Assembly: GCA_037076615.1 (NCBI GenBank) | Contig: AP029158.1 | Span: 597,525 to 634,298 of the forward strand | Length of the DNA: 36,774 nucleotides | Reading direction: 5' to 3' | Source: Candidatus Parcubacteria bacterium | Lineage (GTDB): Bacteria > Patescibacteriota > Patescibacteriia > Patescibacteriales > UBA12465 | Part shown: in pieces, positions 16,664-26,451 of the stretch | How the letters are laid out: each line of letters starts with the position of its first letter | Position numbering within the stretch: the stretch's first letter is position 1 | Translations under genes and position numbers: made by a program | The notes under the pieces: model-generated | Told to the model about the DNA's origin: nothing | Databases searched by the model: none | The model's input: the letters and a program-made list of their open reading frames with translations, nothing else

Positions 16664-17694
16664 AAACCGAGCTGTCCAGGACGATTAATCTTTAGATGGC
16701 GATAAGCCGATTCGGTTACTAGTCGCCCCCGGGCGGATCGATCTAAAAATCCAAGCTGTAGAAGGTAGGGCTCATAAACATTCTCGATCGTATTTAGTTC
16801 TTCACCGGTGGCCGCCGCTAAAGTATTTAAACCAACCGGACCGCCATTAAATTTTTCAATAATCGTTTTTAAAATTTTGCGATCTGTTTGGTCCAAGCCC
16901 AAATCATCAATTTCCAACATTGCGAAAGATTCTTTACAAATCGGCAAATCCACCACCCCATCACTTTTTACCAAAGAATAATCGCGGACCCTCTTTAAGA
17001 GCCGATTGGCTACGCGCGGGGTCTTCCGGGACCGCTGAGCAATCTCGCCGGCCGCGGCTGGCTCTAAGCGGACATCTAAAACTTTGGCGCTGCGACGAAC
17101 AATCTTCGCCAACTCTTCTGGTTGGTAAAATTCTAAATGGTAAATATGGCCAAAGCGATCACGAAGCGGCGCTGATAGAAGACTGGCCATCGTGGTGGCG
17201 CCAATCACCGTAAAGCGCGGTAAATCCAAGCGCAGCGTGCGCGCGGTTGGCCCCTTACCCATCACAATATCTAAAGCAAAATCTTCCATAGCTGGATAAA
17301 GAATTTCTTCCACGACTTTATTTAAGCGATGAATTTCATCAATAAATAAAATATCGCCTTCTTCCAAATTACTCAAAATCGCAGCCAGGTCGCCACTTTT
17401 CTCAATCGCCGGCCCGGAGGTCACCCGAATATTAGCCCCGGTTTCATTAGCAATAATATGAGCTAAGGTGGTTTTACCCAAACCAGGAGCGCCGTAAAGC
17501 AAAACGTGCTCTAAAGGCTCATCTCGTTTTTTAGTCGCCTTAATGGCAATTTCTAAATTTGATTTAATTTTTTCTTGCCCCACGTAGTCAGTTAATTTCT
17601 TAGGGCGCAAAGAGAGATCAAAGCGTTCTTCTTGTTTATTCTCGGTAGGACTGACGAGGCGGCCATCGGTCTCTAGTTCATGATCAAGTGACAT
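16660..17694 (-). CDS. ruvB: Holliday junction branch migration helicase RuvB
   Basis: [16 protein letters not shown], Walker [28 protein letters not shown] and a C-terminal winged-helix region. The stop codon is TGA. Confidence 0.95.
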   Translation of the reverse strand: MSLDHELETDGRLVSPTENKQEERFDLSLRPKKLTDYVGQEKIKSNLEIAIKATKKRDEPLEHVLLYGAPGLGKTTLAHIIANETGANIRVTSGPAIEKSGDLAAILSNLEEGDILFIDEIHRLNKVVEEILYPAMEDFALDIVMGKGPTARTLRLDLPRFTVIGATTMASLLSAPLRDRFGHIYHLEFYQPEELAKIVRRSAKVLDVRLEPAAAGEIAQRSRKTPRVANRLLKRVRDYSLVKSDGVVDLPICKESFAMLEIDDLGLDQTDRKILKTIIEKFNGGPVGLNTLAAATGEELNTIENVYEPYLLQLGFLDRSARGRLVTESAYRHLKINRPGQLGL

Positions 17695-17711
17695 AAAAAA
17701 ATAATTACTCT

Positions 17712-18545
17712 TTAATTTAGATCTAGGAGCTCAATTTCTTGGAGGGTGGGCGCCGCCTTTAAATCAGGCTCTTGAGAAACCGGAATCAAAAAATCTTTAC
17801 CCAGCTCCACTTCCGGCTCCGGTGCTAAGGGCGCGACATAATCATCCCAAGTGTCCTGGCCCGATCCGGCCAGATCAATTGGTTTGCCTAGGTATTTAGG
17901 CTTAACCTTAAAAAAAGTTTCTAACCAGCCTTTAACGCGAGCGAACATTTCTCGATTTTCAAAATAGTTAAGGTTATCATAATTCTGTTTATCAGCCACG
18001 CAACCCAAAGCTGGTAAATCTCGTTTCGCCGCAAAATATAAAGCTCGAGGCAAGTGAAAACGCTGGGTAATAATTAAAACTTCCGGCGCATTAAAAACTG
18101 CCTGGGCCCGATAGACGGAGTCATAAGTATCAAAACCGGCATGATCTAAGAAAATATCCTCCCCGGGGATGTTCTGGGCCAAGAGAAAATTGCGACCAGC
18201 AGTGACCTCATCATAAGTGTCGGTGCCATGATCGCCGGAAATGATAATTTTTTCAATCCGACCAGCTTGATATAATTCCGCGGCCGTCAGTAAACGATCA
18301 GAAAAAACCGGACTCACCGCATTATCATTATAGGCCCGAGCACCTAAGACTAAGCCTGCCGAATAAGTTTCCAGGCGGTGGCAATCAAGGGCAATGTTAG
18401 CCATCCCTTCTAGTACTCTAACATTGGCATACCAAAAAAGCCAAAGACCAAAAAGAGTTAGATATAATAAATAGCGCCAGCAGCTCCATTTTTTTCTCAT
18501 AAAAAAGCAGTAAAAATTACTTTTTAAAAAACCCGATGCGGACAA
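17712..18545 (-). CDS. SanA/YdcF (DUF218) family envelope protein
   Basis: [49 protein letters not shown]...[15 protein letters not shown] closely follows the SanA pattern. The likely true start is the ATG at 18500 ([14 protein letters not shown]..., TM anchor), which removes the overlap with the upstream gene. Confidence 0.75.
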   Translation of the reverse strand: MSASGFLKSNFYCFFMRKKWSCWRYLLYLTLFGLWLFWYANVRVLEGMANIALDCHRLETYSAGLVLGARAYNDNAVSPVFSDRLLTAAELYQAGRIEKIIISGDHGTDTYDEVTAGRNFLLAQNIPGEDIFLDHAGFDTYDSVYRAQAVFNAPEVLIITQRFHLPRALYFAAKRDLPALGCVADKQNYDNLNYFENREMFARVKGWLETFFKVKPKYLGKPIDLAGSGQDTWDDYVAPLAPEPEVELGKDFLIPVSQEPDLKAAPTLQEIELLDLN

Positions 18546-21418
18546 ATTTTATTATAATCACAAAAAGAGCAGACCGGTCCTGGAGTGGGCGGAAATTTCC
18601 CCTCGCTAATAGCCGTCATTTTAGCCAACGACTCTTGGCGTACCTTGTTTAAGAATTCCGGCTTCACCGTAAAAGATAGATGCTTCGGCCCCTCAAGATA
18701 ATAGTAAGTCAGGCGACTAACCTTAACCCCAAAGAGATCTTCTAGAACTAATTGATAGAGACTGAGCTGGGTTTTACTATCAGTCGGCAAAGTCTCTTTA
18801 ACGGTACCCGTTTTATAATCGATTATTTCCAGTGTGCCATCGGGCAAACGATCAACGCGGTCAATCGTCCCCCTGATAACGCGTCCACCCAACTTATAAG
18901 TAAACTTCTTTTCTAAATAAAGAATTGTTGACTCCCCTTGCTCCTGCCAATCTTTCCAAAAATTACGTAAACAGCTGAGGCCGCGCTCATAGTAAGCCTG
19001 ACGTTCCTCCGGACTGCGATATCCCTCCTCCGCCCAATAATAATTGTAAATCTTTTTTAAATTTTCCTCCGTTAGCTCTTGCTCAGCCCCTTTAACAAAT
19101 AGCGAGCCCTGTTCCGTCTCCTCTAAAGGTTTAAGAAAGCGATAAAGAGTACTGTGAATCAGTTGCCCAAAAATCAGATTAGCGTGATCAACATCGGTCG
19201 GAATTCTTAAAATATTGGCAAATTTATATTTTAGCGGACACGCGGAATAAGCCTCCAATTGCGAAAAAGAGAAATGGCTAGGCAAAGCTAGTTTTGAAAA
19301 AGTCTCGGAATTGTTAGCTAAATTGTCTAAATCATGAACCAACTCTAAATTTTGAACCGTCGTCGTGCCTACCTCTTGAACCGTCAACCCCATCTCTTCA
19401 ATAAATACTGACGGCTTTTTCTTAAGTTTACCCCCGTAGTCTTGAGCGCCGGTTAGAAAGAGTTGATCTTTGGCCCTGGTAGCGGCGACATAAAATAAGC
19501 GCCGCTCCTCCTCAAGATGAGAATCGCCGGACGTAACCAAAGTTTTACTTAATAACTCTTCGGGCAAGGCAATCTTTTCCGACCGATTAATGGTAGGAAA
19601 ACGCTTATCCACCAAGGTCACCACAAAGACATATTTAAATTCTAAACCTTTAGCCGAATGGATAGTCATTACTTTAACGGTGTCGTTATCAGCAAATTCT
19701 AAGCGCAAAGAACCGCTTTGCCCGGCTTCTAATTCCAAATCCATAAGCGCCACAAAATCTCGTAATTGAGGGCTAACCGCATCTTTCTCAAAGTTTTTAA
19801 TTTTTTGGTAAAACTGATTAAGATAAGAAAAAGTTTCGGCATCACGATCAAAATCTAAATCAGTTAACAGGCCGGAATCATTTAAAAAATGAAGGAGCAG
19901 GCGGCTCGGCTCCATATCACTCACCCGCGCCGAATTATCTTTGATTAATTTAAGTAGGCGGGTAATCGCCGCTTGTGAATCAGGACTTAAGTCGGGGATG
20001 CTGCCCGCCTGATTTAAGGTTTCAAAAACTGACCACGCGTGCTTCCGCGCCACTTTATTGATGGCAATTAAATCTAGATAGGCAACTTTAAACTGCGGCA
20101 AATTCAACAAGCGATAAAGTGAGGCTGAATCGTGAAAATTATTTAACAAGCGCAAGTAGGATAAGCAATCCAAAATTATCGTCTTAAAATAAAGCCCTCG
20201 CAAAGAAACGAATTGGTGCGGAATATTCTGCCGGACCAATTCTTTGACATAAGCATCCGCCATATTATTGGCACGAATTAAAATGGCGCAATCGGTCCAA
20301 TCAGCCAGACCCTGGTCGTGTAAATTTTGGATTTTATCAACGACATAGGCGACCTCATCTTCCGCTCGCAAAAATTGCTGATAACTGACAGCCGGGACCG
20401 TCAAGTCAGAAAAATCGGCGCGGGCATGCAGCTGCTTATCAAGTTTTAACTTTTCTTCCAGGCGGTAAGGGTTATTATTTTGGATGAAGCGGTAGGCATA
20501 ATCTAAAATCTCTTGGCGGGAACGATAATTGTCTGTAAGCACCAACTCTTTAGCTTCCGGAAAATCATCCTTAAATTGTAAAATATTAGAAATAGAGGCA
20601 CCACGAAATTTATAAATTGACTGATCATCATCGCCGACGACCGTTAAATTATTATTAGGCAGGGCCAATAATTTGACCAGCTCGTATTGGGCCCCATTGG
20701 TATCTTGAAACTCATCAACCATAATCTGTCGGAACTGTTTTTGATAATGGGCCAAAATCTGGGGGCGCTCTTTAAAAAGTTTTAGCGTGTAAACAATTAA
20801 ATCACCGAAGTCTAAATAACTATTTTCCAAAAGTAGCTGGTTATAAGTCTGGTAAGCGCCCGCTAATTCTTCTTGGCGCAATTTTTCATCGGCAGCTAAA
20901 TCCGGATTCGTACCAGCAACAGCGAGATAAGCGGCGGGAGAAATATTTTCATCCTTGAGCCGAGAAAAATGCTTTAGCAACTCAGAAATAAATTTAGTCG
21001 GATTGCCTAAAGGGCGATAATAATTTAACTTAAAGCGCTCTAAATTATTGCGCACTAAAATCCATTGCTCCGTTTCATCAATCATTTTAAAATCTGCCGG
21101 CAAGCCAATATCTAAAGCGTGTTCCCGAAGGATTCGCTCGCCAAAACTATGGAAAGTGTGAATCCATAAATCTAAATAGCCATAAGGCAGAGCTTTATCC
21201 GCCCGTTCCTCGAGTTCGCCGGCCGCTTTTTCCGTAAAAGTTAGCAGTAGTAAACTATTGCTAGAGTATTTTTGATTAAGTAGTAAGTGAACGAGCCGGG
21301 CAATTAACAAAGTGGTTTTACCGGTGCCCGCACCTGCGACCACCAAAAGCGGACCATCTTCATGAGAAATGGCAATCTGTTGGGTTTCGTTAAGTTTTTT
21401 TAAAATGTCGTCACTCAT
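18524..21418 (-). CDS. UvrD/PcrA-type superfamily-1 helicase fused to a C-terminal PD-(D/E)XK nuclease with Cas4/AddB-like Cys cluster
   Basis: Walker A VAGAGTGKTTLL, DEFQDTN, VGDDDQSIYKFRGA and TIHSAKGLEF. The C-terminus has GTIDRVDRLPDGTLEIIDYKTG plus Cys at SACPLKY and [10 protein letters not shown] (C...CxxCxxxxxC). Confidence 0.85.
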   Translation of the reverse strand: MSDDILKKLNETQQIAISHEDGPLLVVAGAGTGKTTLLIARLVHLLLNQKYSSNSLLLLTFTEKAAGELEERADKALPYGYLDLWIHTFHSFGERILREHALDIGLPADFKMIDETEQWILVRNNLERFKLNYYRPLGNPTKFISELLKHFSRLKDENISPAAYLAVAGTNPDLAADEKLRQEELAGAYQTYNQLLLENSYLDFGDLIVYTLKLFKERPQILAHYQKQFRQIMVDEFQDTNGAQYELVKLLALPNNNLTVVGDDDQSIYKFRGASISNILQFKDDFPEAKELVLTDNYRSRQEILDYAYRFIQNNNPYRLEEKLKLDKQLHARADFSDLTVPAVSYQQFLRAEDEVAYVVDKIQNLHDQGLADWTDCAILIRANNMADAYVKELVRQNIPHQFVSLRGLYFKTIILDCLSYLRLLNNFHDSASLYRLLNLPQFKVAYLDLIAINKVARKHAWSVFETLNQAGSIPDLSPDSQAAITRLLKLIKDNSARVSDMEPSRLLLHFLNDSGLLTDLDFDRDAETFSYLNQFYQKIKNFEKDAVSPQLRDFVALMDLELEAGQSGSLRLEFADNDTVKVMTIHSAKGLEFKYVFVVTLVDKRFPTINRSEKIALPEELLSKTLVTSGDSHLEEERRLFYVAATRAKDQLFLTGAQDYGGKLKKKPSVFIEEMGLTVQEVGTTTVQNLELVHDLDNLANNSETFSKLALPSHFSFSQLEAYSACPLKYKFANILRIPTDVDHANLIFGQLIHSTLYRFLKPLEETEQGSLFVKGAEQELTEENLKKIYNYYWAEEGYRSPEERQAYYERGLSCLRNFWKDWQEQGESTILYLEKKFTYKLGGRVIRGTIDRVDRLPDGTLEIIDYKTGTVKETLPTDSKTQLSLYQLVLEDLFGVKVSRLTYYYLEGPKHLSFTVKPEFLNKVRQESLAKMTAISEGKFPPTPGPVCSFCDYNKICPHRVF

Positions 21419-21420
21419 TT

Positions 21421-22695
21421 TTAAAATTTTAAGATTTTTTTAAGATTATTTATTTTAGTTTTGCTGGCGGGGCCAATTAAAGCGAAATTAAGGTTGCTGT
21501 CCTTAAAAATATTGCGAGCGACGCGACGCAAATCGGCAGCCTGGACCGCTTCAATCTTTTTTAAATATTCTTCTGGTGTTCTAAGTGGTCGTTTCATCGC
21601 CGCCTGTCCGCCATACCAATTAGCTAAAGAGTCTGAAGACTCGAGTGAGATAGCCAGGCGCCCTTTATACATATCTTTAGTTCGCTGTAACTCCGATTCC
21701 GGGACCAATTCACTTGTCAGGCGGTGGTAATTATCTAAAATCACGGCAATAGCTTCCTCTTCTTTCCCGAGTCTGATTCCCGCCGTGGTCGCTAGATAAC
21801 CAGTATCGGTATAAAATTCGGCACTGGTGCGCACAGAGTAAGCTAAGCCGCGCCGCTCTCTGATCTCGCTAAATAGACGCGAACTCATCGATCCGCCCAA
21901 AATAGTCGCCAACAACTTCAGAGCAATTTCATCTTTATGGCTGGCCGAAAAAGCGCGCACCCCTAAAGAAAGCGTGCTTTGGTCAGTTTTTTTATATTTA
22001 GTTAATAACTGGGGTGCCTTTTGGGCTTCTTTGACTTTGACCTTATCCCGCCAATCATTTTTAGGAAAAGCAGAAAAATATTTTTTTACTAAGCGAGAAT
22101 AATCTTTCGGTAGCCGACCAGCGACCACTAAAGTGCTGCTACTGGCCCCATATTGACGCTTAAAGTAACGAAGAAAATCCGCTCGTTTAAAAAGTTTAAC
22201 ATTATCAGGAGTGCCACCGATGTCGCGACCAGCCGGGCTATCACCGTAAAGACAGCTTTCTAGTAAATCATCAATTTTAAAAAGCGGGTTGTCCTCATAC
22301 ATATTTAACTCCTCCACAATTACACCCTTCTCTCTCTCAATATCTTCTGCCCGAAAGCGAGAATTTAACAGCATCTCCGACACTAAATCTAAAGCGTTTT
22401 CCAATTTATTGGCGGCCACCTTAACCCAATAACCAGTATATTCCTTAGAAGTAAAAGCATTATACTCCGAGCCAATTTGATCTAGAGCGGCCGCCAAAGT
22501 CCGGGCATCAGGATAACGTTCCGTCCCTTTAAAAAAGAGATGCTCTAAAAAATGGGAGAGGCCATTCTCTTTTTTGCTTTCATATTTAGAGCCGGTCCTA
22601 ACCATCAGTAACACGGTGACGGTTTTAGTGCCCATTACCGGAACGGCGATAATCGGTAGAGAATTATTTAAAACTTGCTGATTATAAGTTGACAT
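21421..22695 (-). CDS. M16 (pitrilysin/insulinase) family zinc peptidase
   Basis: Inverted zinc motif HxxEH in GLSHFLEHLFFKGT, the downstream EREKGVIVEE glutamate region, and a two-lobed size of 424 aa. Confidence 0.88.
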   Translation of the reverse strand: MSTYNQQVLNNSLPIIAVPVMGTKTVTVLLMVRTGSKYESKKENGLSHFLEHLFFKGTERYPDARTLAAALDQIGSEYNAFTSKEYTGYWVKVAANKLENALDLVSEMLLNSRFRAEDIEREKGVIVEELNMYEDNPLFKIDDLLESCLYGDSPAGRDIGGTPDNVKLFKRADFLRYFKRQYGASSSTLVVAGRLPKDYSRLVKKYFSAFPKNDWRDKVKVKEAQKAPQLLTKYKKTDQSTLSLGVRAFSASHKDEIALKLLATILGGSMSSRLFSEIRERRGLAYSVRTSAEFYTDTGYLATTAGIRLGKEEEAIAVILDNYHRLTSELVPESELQRTKDMYKGRLAISLESSDSLANWYGGQAAMKRPLRTPEEYLKKIEAVQAADLRRVARNIFKDSNLNFALIGPASKTKINNLKKILKF

Positions 22696-22735
22696 AAAAT
22701 TTAATTCCTTAAGTCCTTTAAATTTAACACACCTC

Positions 22736-22744
22736 TGATATAAT
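22736..22744 (+). promoter_or_regulatory. Extended -10 promoter element TGATATAAT upstream of radC
   Basis: Perfect TGnTATAAT, 46 nt upstream of the ATG at 22790. Confidence 0.5.
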
Positions 22745-22789
22745 TAAAACTAGCCAGAGTTTAAGATTCCTGGCTTAAGTTTATTTTCT

Positions 22790-23509
22790 ATGTCTAACTA
22801 CAAACTTAAAGACCATGATCTAGTAACGGGAGAAGGCCGCGCCTACACCCTCAGGGTTAGAGACTTGGCGGATCAGGACAAGCCGCGTGAAAAATTGATA
22901 AACCAAGGCATCAGCGAGCTCTCATCAGCCGAATTGCTGGCGATAATCTTAAACAGCGGAGATAAAAAAGAAGGCGTTTTAGAATTAAGTCACCGCCTTT
23001 TAAAAGAATATGGCTCGACCGGACTAATCTCGCAAACTAATCCCGAAAAATTAGCCGCTGACGCCAAGGTTTCCTTAGTAAAAGCTTGCCAAATTGTGGC
23101 CTGTTTTGAATTGGGCCGCCGCTTTTTCCAGAAAAAACCGCATGGATCAGTGACTATCCGCACCAGCCAACAGGCTTTTAATCATCTTAAAGAAATGGGC
23201 GCTCTAAAAAAAGAAAACTTTCGCGGCCTTTACTTAAATAGTCACTATCAGTTAGTTCATGACGAAGTTATTTCAATTGGCACTTTAACCTCTGGCTTGG
23301 TTCATCCTCGCGAAGTCTTTCGACCAGCTCTAGAGTATGGCGCTGTTGCCGTCATTGTCGCTCATAACCACCCTTCCGGGAGATTAGAGGCGACAACCGC
23401 CGATAAAGAAACTACCAGCCAACTAAAGCAAGCCGGTGAGGTCTTGGGAATTGATTTTCTTGACCATTTAATTATTGCTAAAAATAAATTTGTTAGCTTA
23501 ATAAGTTAA
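22790..23509 (+). CDS. radC: RadC-like JAB/MPN domain protein
   Basis: N-terminal HhH-like SSAELLAIILNSG and C-terminal JAMM motif VAHNHPSG with ...D at GIDFLDHLII. Confidence 0.88.
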   Translation: MSNYKLKDHDLVTGEGRAYTLRVRDLADQDKPREKLINQGISELSSAELLAIILNSGDKKEGVLELSHRLLKEYGSTGLISQTNPEKLAADAKVSLVKACQIVACFELGRRFFQKKPHGSVTIRTSQQAFNHLKEMGALKKENFRGLYLNSHYQLVHDEVISIGTLTSGLVHPREVFRPALEYGAVAVIVAHNHPSGRLEATTADKETTSQLKQAGEVLGIDFLDHLIIAKNKFVSLIS

Positions 23510-23727
23510 TGTCTTTTTATCATTTAAAAAAATATCCTTCTCTATTTATTAACGATCAGGAGAGTGTTAATTTTCATGTAAAATCTGACGATTATTTTGG
23601 CACTCTCGCCACCACTCTTAGTCTTTGGCGACAGAGAGGCGTTTGGCCGGAAGCGGAAGGAGCGGAGTTGGAGCAAGACTTACTCTATCTGCAAAAAGAA
23701 TATCTCATTAAGAAAAAACCGGATTAA
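23509..23727 (+). CDS. Hypothetical 72-aa protein, translationally coupled to radC
   Basis: The ATG overlaps the radC TAA (TAATG). No recognisable motif. It ends inside the bidirectional terminator hairpin. Confidence 0.45.
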   Translation: MSFYHLKKYPSLFINDQESVNFHVKSDDYFGTLATTLSLWRQRGVWPEAEGAELEQDLLYLQKEYLIKKKPD

Positions 23728-23740
23728 TTCCGGTTTTTTA
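23713..23740. terminator. Bidirectional intrinsic terminator between the radC unit (+) and the CarS-like operon (-)
   Basis: Sequence aaaaaaCCGGAttaatTCCGGtttttt: a short GC stem flanked by an A-run and a T-run, placed between convergent gene ends. Confidence 0.65.
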
Positions 23741-24238
23741 ATAGGGGTATTTTTTTAAACCTAATTTAAAAGCTATAAAGGAGGCTAGTGGATGAAGAAT
23801 GTAGGTGACCAGGATAGTGCTAACAACTAAAGGAATGCTTACTTGGCCACTTAAATAAAGCATGACGCCAGTCAATACCATATAATCACCATGATCCACC
23901 AAGGGCAGAAAACTTCCATCTTTTTTCCCTAAACGCCTTTTAATAAAACTCCCCAAAGAGTGACCAAAATAAACAGTAAAAGGAACCAAAAACCAAGGCC
24001 AGGGCAATAAAATATAAAAAAATAAACTCAAAAAAACTGATAGCAGCAAACCCAGCCAAGTGGTTGACTCCCCTAAAACTCTATAGCCGCCTAGCTTCTT
24101 GCGAAAATCAAGAGGATGGTCATATTTTAAAACAAACGGAAAAAATTTTTTAAGCACATATAAATAATTGAGGGAGATATTACACCCCCAAGTTATCACC
24201 ATATAAAAAACAAAATTCTCTGTGGTGAGACTCATCAT
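23738..24238 (-). CDS. Small polytopic membrane CTP-transferase-like protein, CarS (CDP-archaeol synthase, DUF46)-like
   Basis: 166 aa with about 5 hydrophobic helices. PLDFRKKLGGYRVLGESTTWLG and GHSLGSFIKRRLGKKDGSFLPLVDHGDY match my recollection of the CarS/DUF46 pattern (PiDfg..f.DG.RilGdgKTwrG ... SFiKRRlgi.rG...pllDQ.D). The S-x2-KR-x4-KD core is also shared with CdsA. ATGA overlap with the upstream gene. Confidence 0.6.
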   Translation of the reverse strand: MMSLTTENFVFYMVITWGCNISLNYLYVLKKFFPFVLKYDHPLDFRKKLGGYRVLGESTTWLGLLLSVFLSLFFYILLPWPWFLVPFTVYFGHSLGSFIKRRLGKKDGSFLPLVDHGDYMVLTGVMLYLSGQVSIPLVVSTILVTYILHPLASFIAFKLGLKKYPY

Positions 24239-25560
24239 AAACCTCTTAAATCTAATAAAATAAAAGAATTAAAGCCTTCTTGATGAAATGCCCTGTTGCT
24301 AACCGTCCACGGCTCGGGCAGACAATTATTATGCTTCATCTCAAAACGAGTTTCCCACAAACCATCGGTTCGCTGTTTAGGGGTTCCGTGCCAGACATAG
24401 GAGTAAGGGTGTATAGAGAGTAGGTTCTCGGGAACATAATCCTTAAACAAAATCTTACCGGTAATCAAAATATAGCGATGATACGAACAAAATTTATCAG
24501 GAATGGTTATCGGACCATAACTAATATTAACCCCTTGAGTATTAAGACCACCCAAAACCCCATCCTTAGAAACAGCTAACTCTTTAACAGTATTATTCTG
24601 GTAATCATACATCAAAAAACTTTCCCCCTGAGAAACTGAAACTTGATAATATTTAATAATATTTCTCTGAGTATAAGAACTGTGCCACCAAGAGCCAAAA
24701 AACGATGCTGTCACTGCCAAAACAACCAAAAATGACAATTTTTTCTGGCTAAAATAAAGAAGGAAATTGAGTAGAGACCAAAATGAAACAGTCAATAAAA
24801 TATTATACAAACCGCCAGGATCTAAAACTCTACGATAATGATAAAAAAGCACCGAAACGATAAAAGACAAGAAAGCATTAACCAAAAAGAAATAATTGGA
24901 GATTTTTTTATTTTTTAGGGTGCGACCAAAAAAGGGGATTGCAAGAAAAGACAAGGCCGCCCCTCTTACTAACAGCCCCCCATCAAAAGCCGTCTCAATC
25001 AGGGCAAAAGCGAGAATAGAATAAGAAAAAATTAAAAAACATTTTTGACGTTTATTAGTTTTCTCTAAATGTTTTTGAAAAGAGGTAGAAAAATAAAAAA
25101 CACTTAGACCTACCAATATAATTAAAACAAGAGCGCCAAAAACCCAAAAAATGGTTGGCGCCCAACCTAAATAAGCTTGTCCAGCATCAAAATTACTAGT
25201 TTCTGGTTTGTTAAACAGAGTAAAAAGCCAGCCCACAACCCCCTTAACAATGTGGTTATGGTAAAAAACCGTACTAGAAATCTCTTTAGCGAAACCAAAA
25301 GTAGAATGCTTCCAAAAAGGTATTTGATAGCGATAAGAAAAATAAAACTGTAAGAAAATTCCGTAAAAATAGGCCGCCGCTAAAGATAACCACGCCCACA
25401 GCCAAGAATAATCTCTCTTTTTCTTATTTAGCCCTAAACGATAAAAAACAATTAAAAGTAGGAGGTAGCTCAGCCAAACCAGAGTCTTAATCATGCCCCT
25501 GCCACCGACAAAAATATCAGTGAATGAATGAAAAAAAGATAAAAATAAAAAGGGAGGCAT
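24235..25560 (-). CDS. Hypothetical 441-aa polytopic membrane protein with a C-terminal ~140-aa soluble domain
   Basis: About 8 or more hydrophobic segments rich in F/Y/W/L, then a non-hydrophobic tail (SYTQRNIIKYYQVSV...FILLDLRGL). No family recognised. An alternative start is at 25494 (MIKTLVWL...). Confidence 0.75.
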   Translation of the reverse strand: MPPFLFLSFFHSFTDIFVGGRGMIKTLVWLSYLLLLIVFYRLGLNKKKRDYSWLWAWLSLAAAYFYGIFLQFYFSYRYQIPFWKHSTFGFAKEISSTVFYHNHIVKGVVGWLFTLFNKPETSNFDAGQAYLGWAPTIFWVFGALVLIILVGLSVFYFSTSFQKHLEKTNKRQKCFLIFSYSILAFALIETAFDGGLLVRGAALSFLAIPFFGRTLKNKKISNYFFLVNAFLSFIVSVLFYHYRRVLDPGGLYNILLTVSFWSLLNFLLYFSQKKLSFLVVLAVTASFFGSWWHSSYTQRNIIKYYQVSVSQGESFLMYDYQNNTVKELAVSKDGVLGGLNTQGVNISYGPITIPDKFCSYHRYILITGKILFKDYVPENLLSIHPYSYVWHGTPKQRTDGLWETRFEMKHNNCLPEPWTVSNRAFHQEGFNSFILLDLRGL

Positions 25561-25569
25561 TTACTTAAA

Positions 25570-26451
25570 TTAGGTATACGGGAAACAATAGGTCACAGGA
25601 GTGCCATCAATAACCCACTCCGTACACCTATAGCCACCGCCGCCACCGCCGCCTTCAATAGGCGTACCGCCACCATAACCAGGGGCCACGGGTGTATACT
25701 CTGAATCATAACAGTCACGGAAAAGGCCATCTATTCTGTCTTGATCAGGAATTCGTTCTGACATAACTAATTCATCCCATTCTAAATAGGTGCAGCAGCC
25801 ATCACCAAGACTTTCGCTGCCACCACACTGACCACAGGTTCCTACCCCAGCTGACTCAAGGCAACAATCTGGGCATACTAAGTTTTCGCCTGGATCCCAG
25901 TTAGTGGGGCGCCAACCAATTAATAAACTGTCATTGGCATACTGCATTCTCTCAATGGTAGAGCAAACCCCGTTGTTAACACACTGCGCCCCACATGTCC
26001 CGCAATCAGTAGGCGCATTTAAGCAGTTTTCGGTAGCTAAATTACAGACCCCGTCTCCAGCACAACCAACAGGGGTCAAGGCGCTGCGGAGCGCTCCAGC
26101 CGTAGCGGAATTATAAAAACTACCCCATTCCGCCTTAGAATTAGTAGGCACAAAATAATCTTGATAACTAACATTGTCAACACAGCAACCGATAGAGCTT
26201 AAGGCGCCACCATCATAATAAAAAATTGGCTCGCTTAAAGTTCTTGCCGATACTCTATAGCCACCCCCGGGCGTATTAAGCGATGCTGCAAACAGAAATG
26301 AAGCCGGGATTAGAGCAGTGATCGCAAAAAACAAAATAATACTCAAAAAGAAATATCTATTAACAATTAAATTTTCGCAACAAAGTTTAAAAAAATTATT
26401 TTTTTTACTCATATAATTAAACCTAATATTCAGTAACGATATCGTTTTCAT
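25570..26451 (-). CDS. Hypothetical secreted/anchored Cys-rich protein with a C-terminal poly-Gly tract
   Basis: Hydrophobic N-terminal anchor (YFFLSIILFFAITALIPASFLFAAS). About 19 Cys follow it, by hand count, including CAGDGVCNLATENCLNAPTDCGTCGAQC. GGGGGGG lies near the C-terminus. The likely start is the ATG at 26412 (MSKKNNFF...), 10 nt after the upstream stop. Confidence 0.7.
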   Translation of the reverse strand: MKTISLLNIRFNYMSKKNNFFKLCCENLIVNRYFFLSIILFFAITALIPASFLFAASLNTPGGGYRVSARTLSEPIFYYDGGALSSIGCCVDNVSYQDYFVPTNSKAEWGSFYNSATAGALRSALTPVGCAGDGVCNLATENCLNAPTDCGTCGAQCVNNGVCSTIERMQYANDSLLIGWRPTNWDPGENLVCPDCCLESAGVGTCGQCGGSESLGDGCCTYLEWDELVMSERIPDQDRIDGLFRDCYDSEYTPVAPGYGGGTPIEGGGGGGGYRCTEWVIDGTPVTYCFPYT

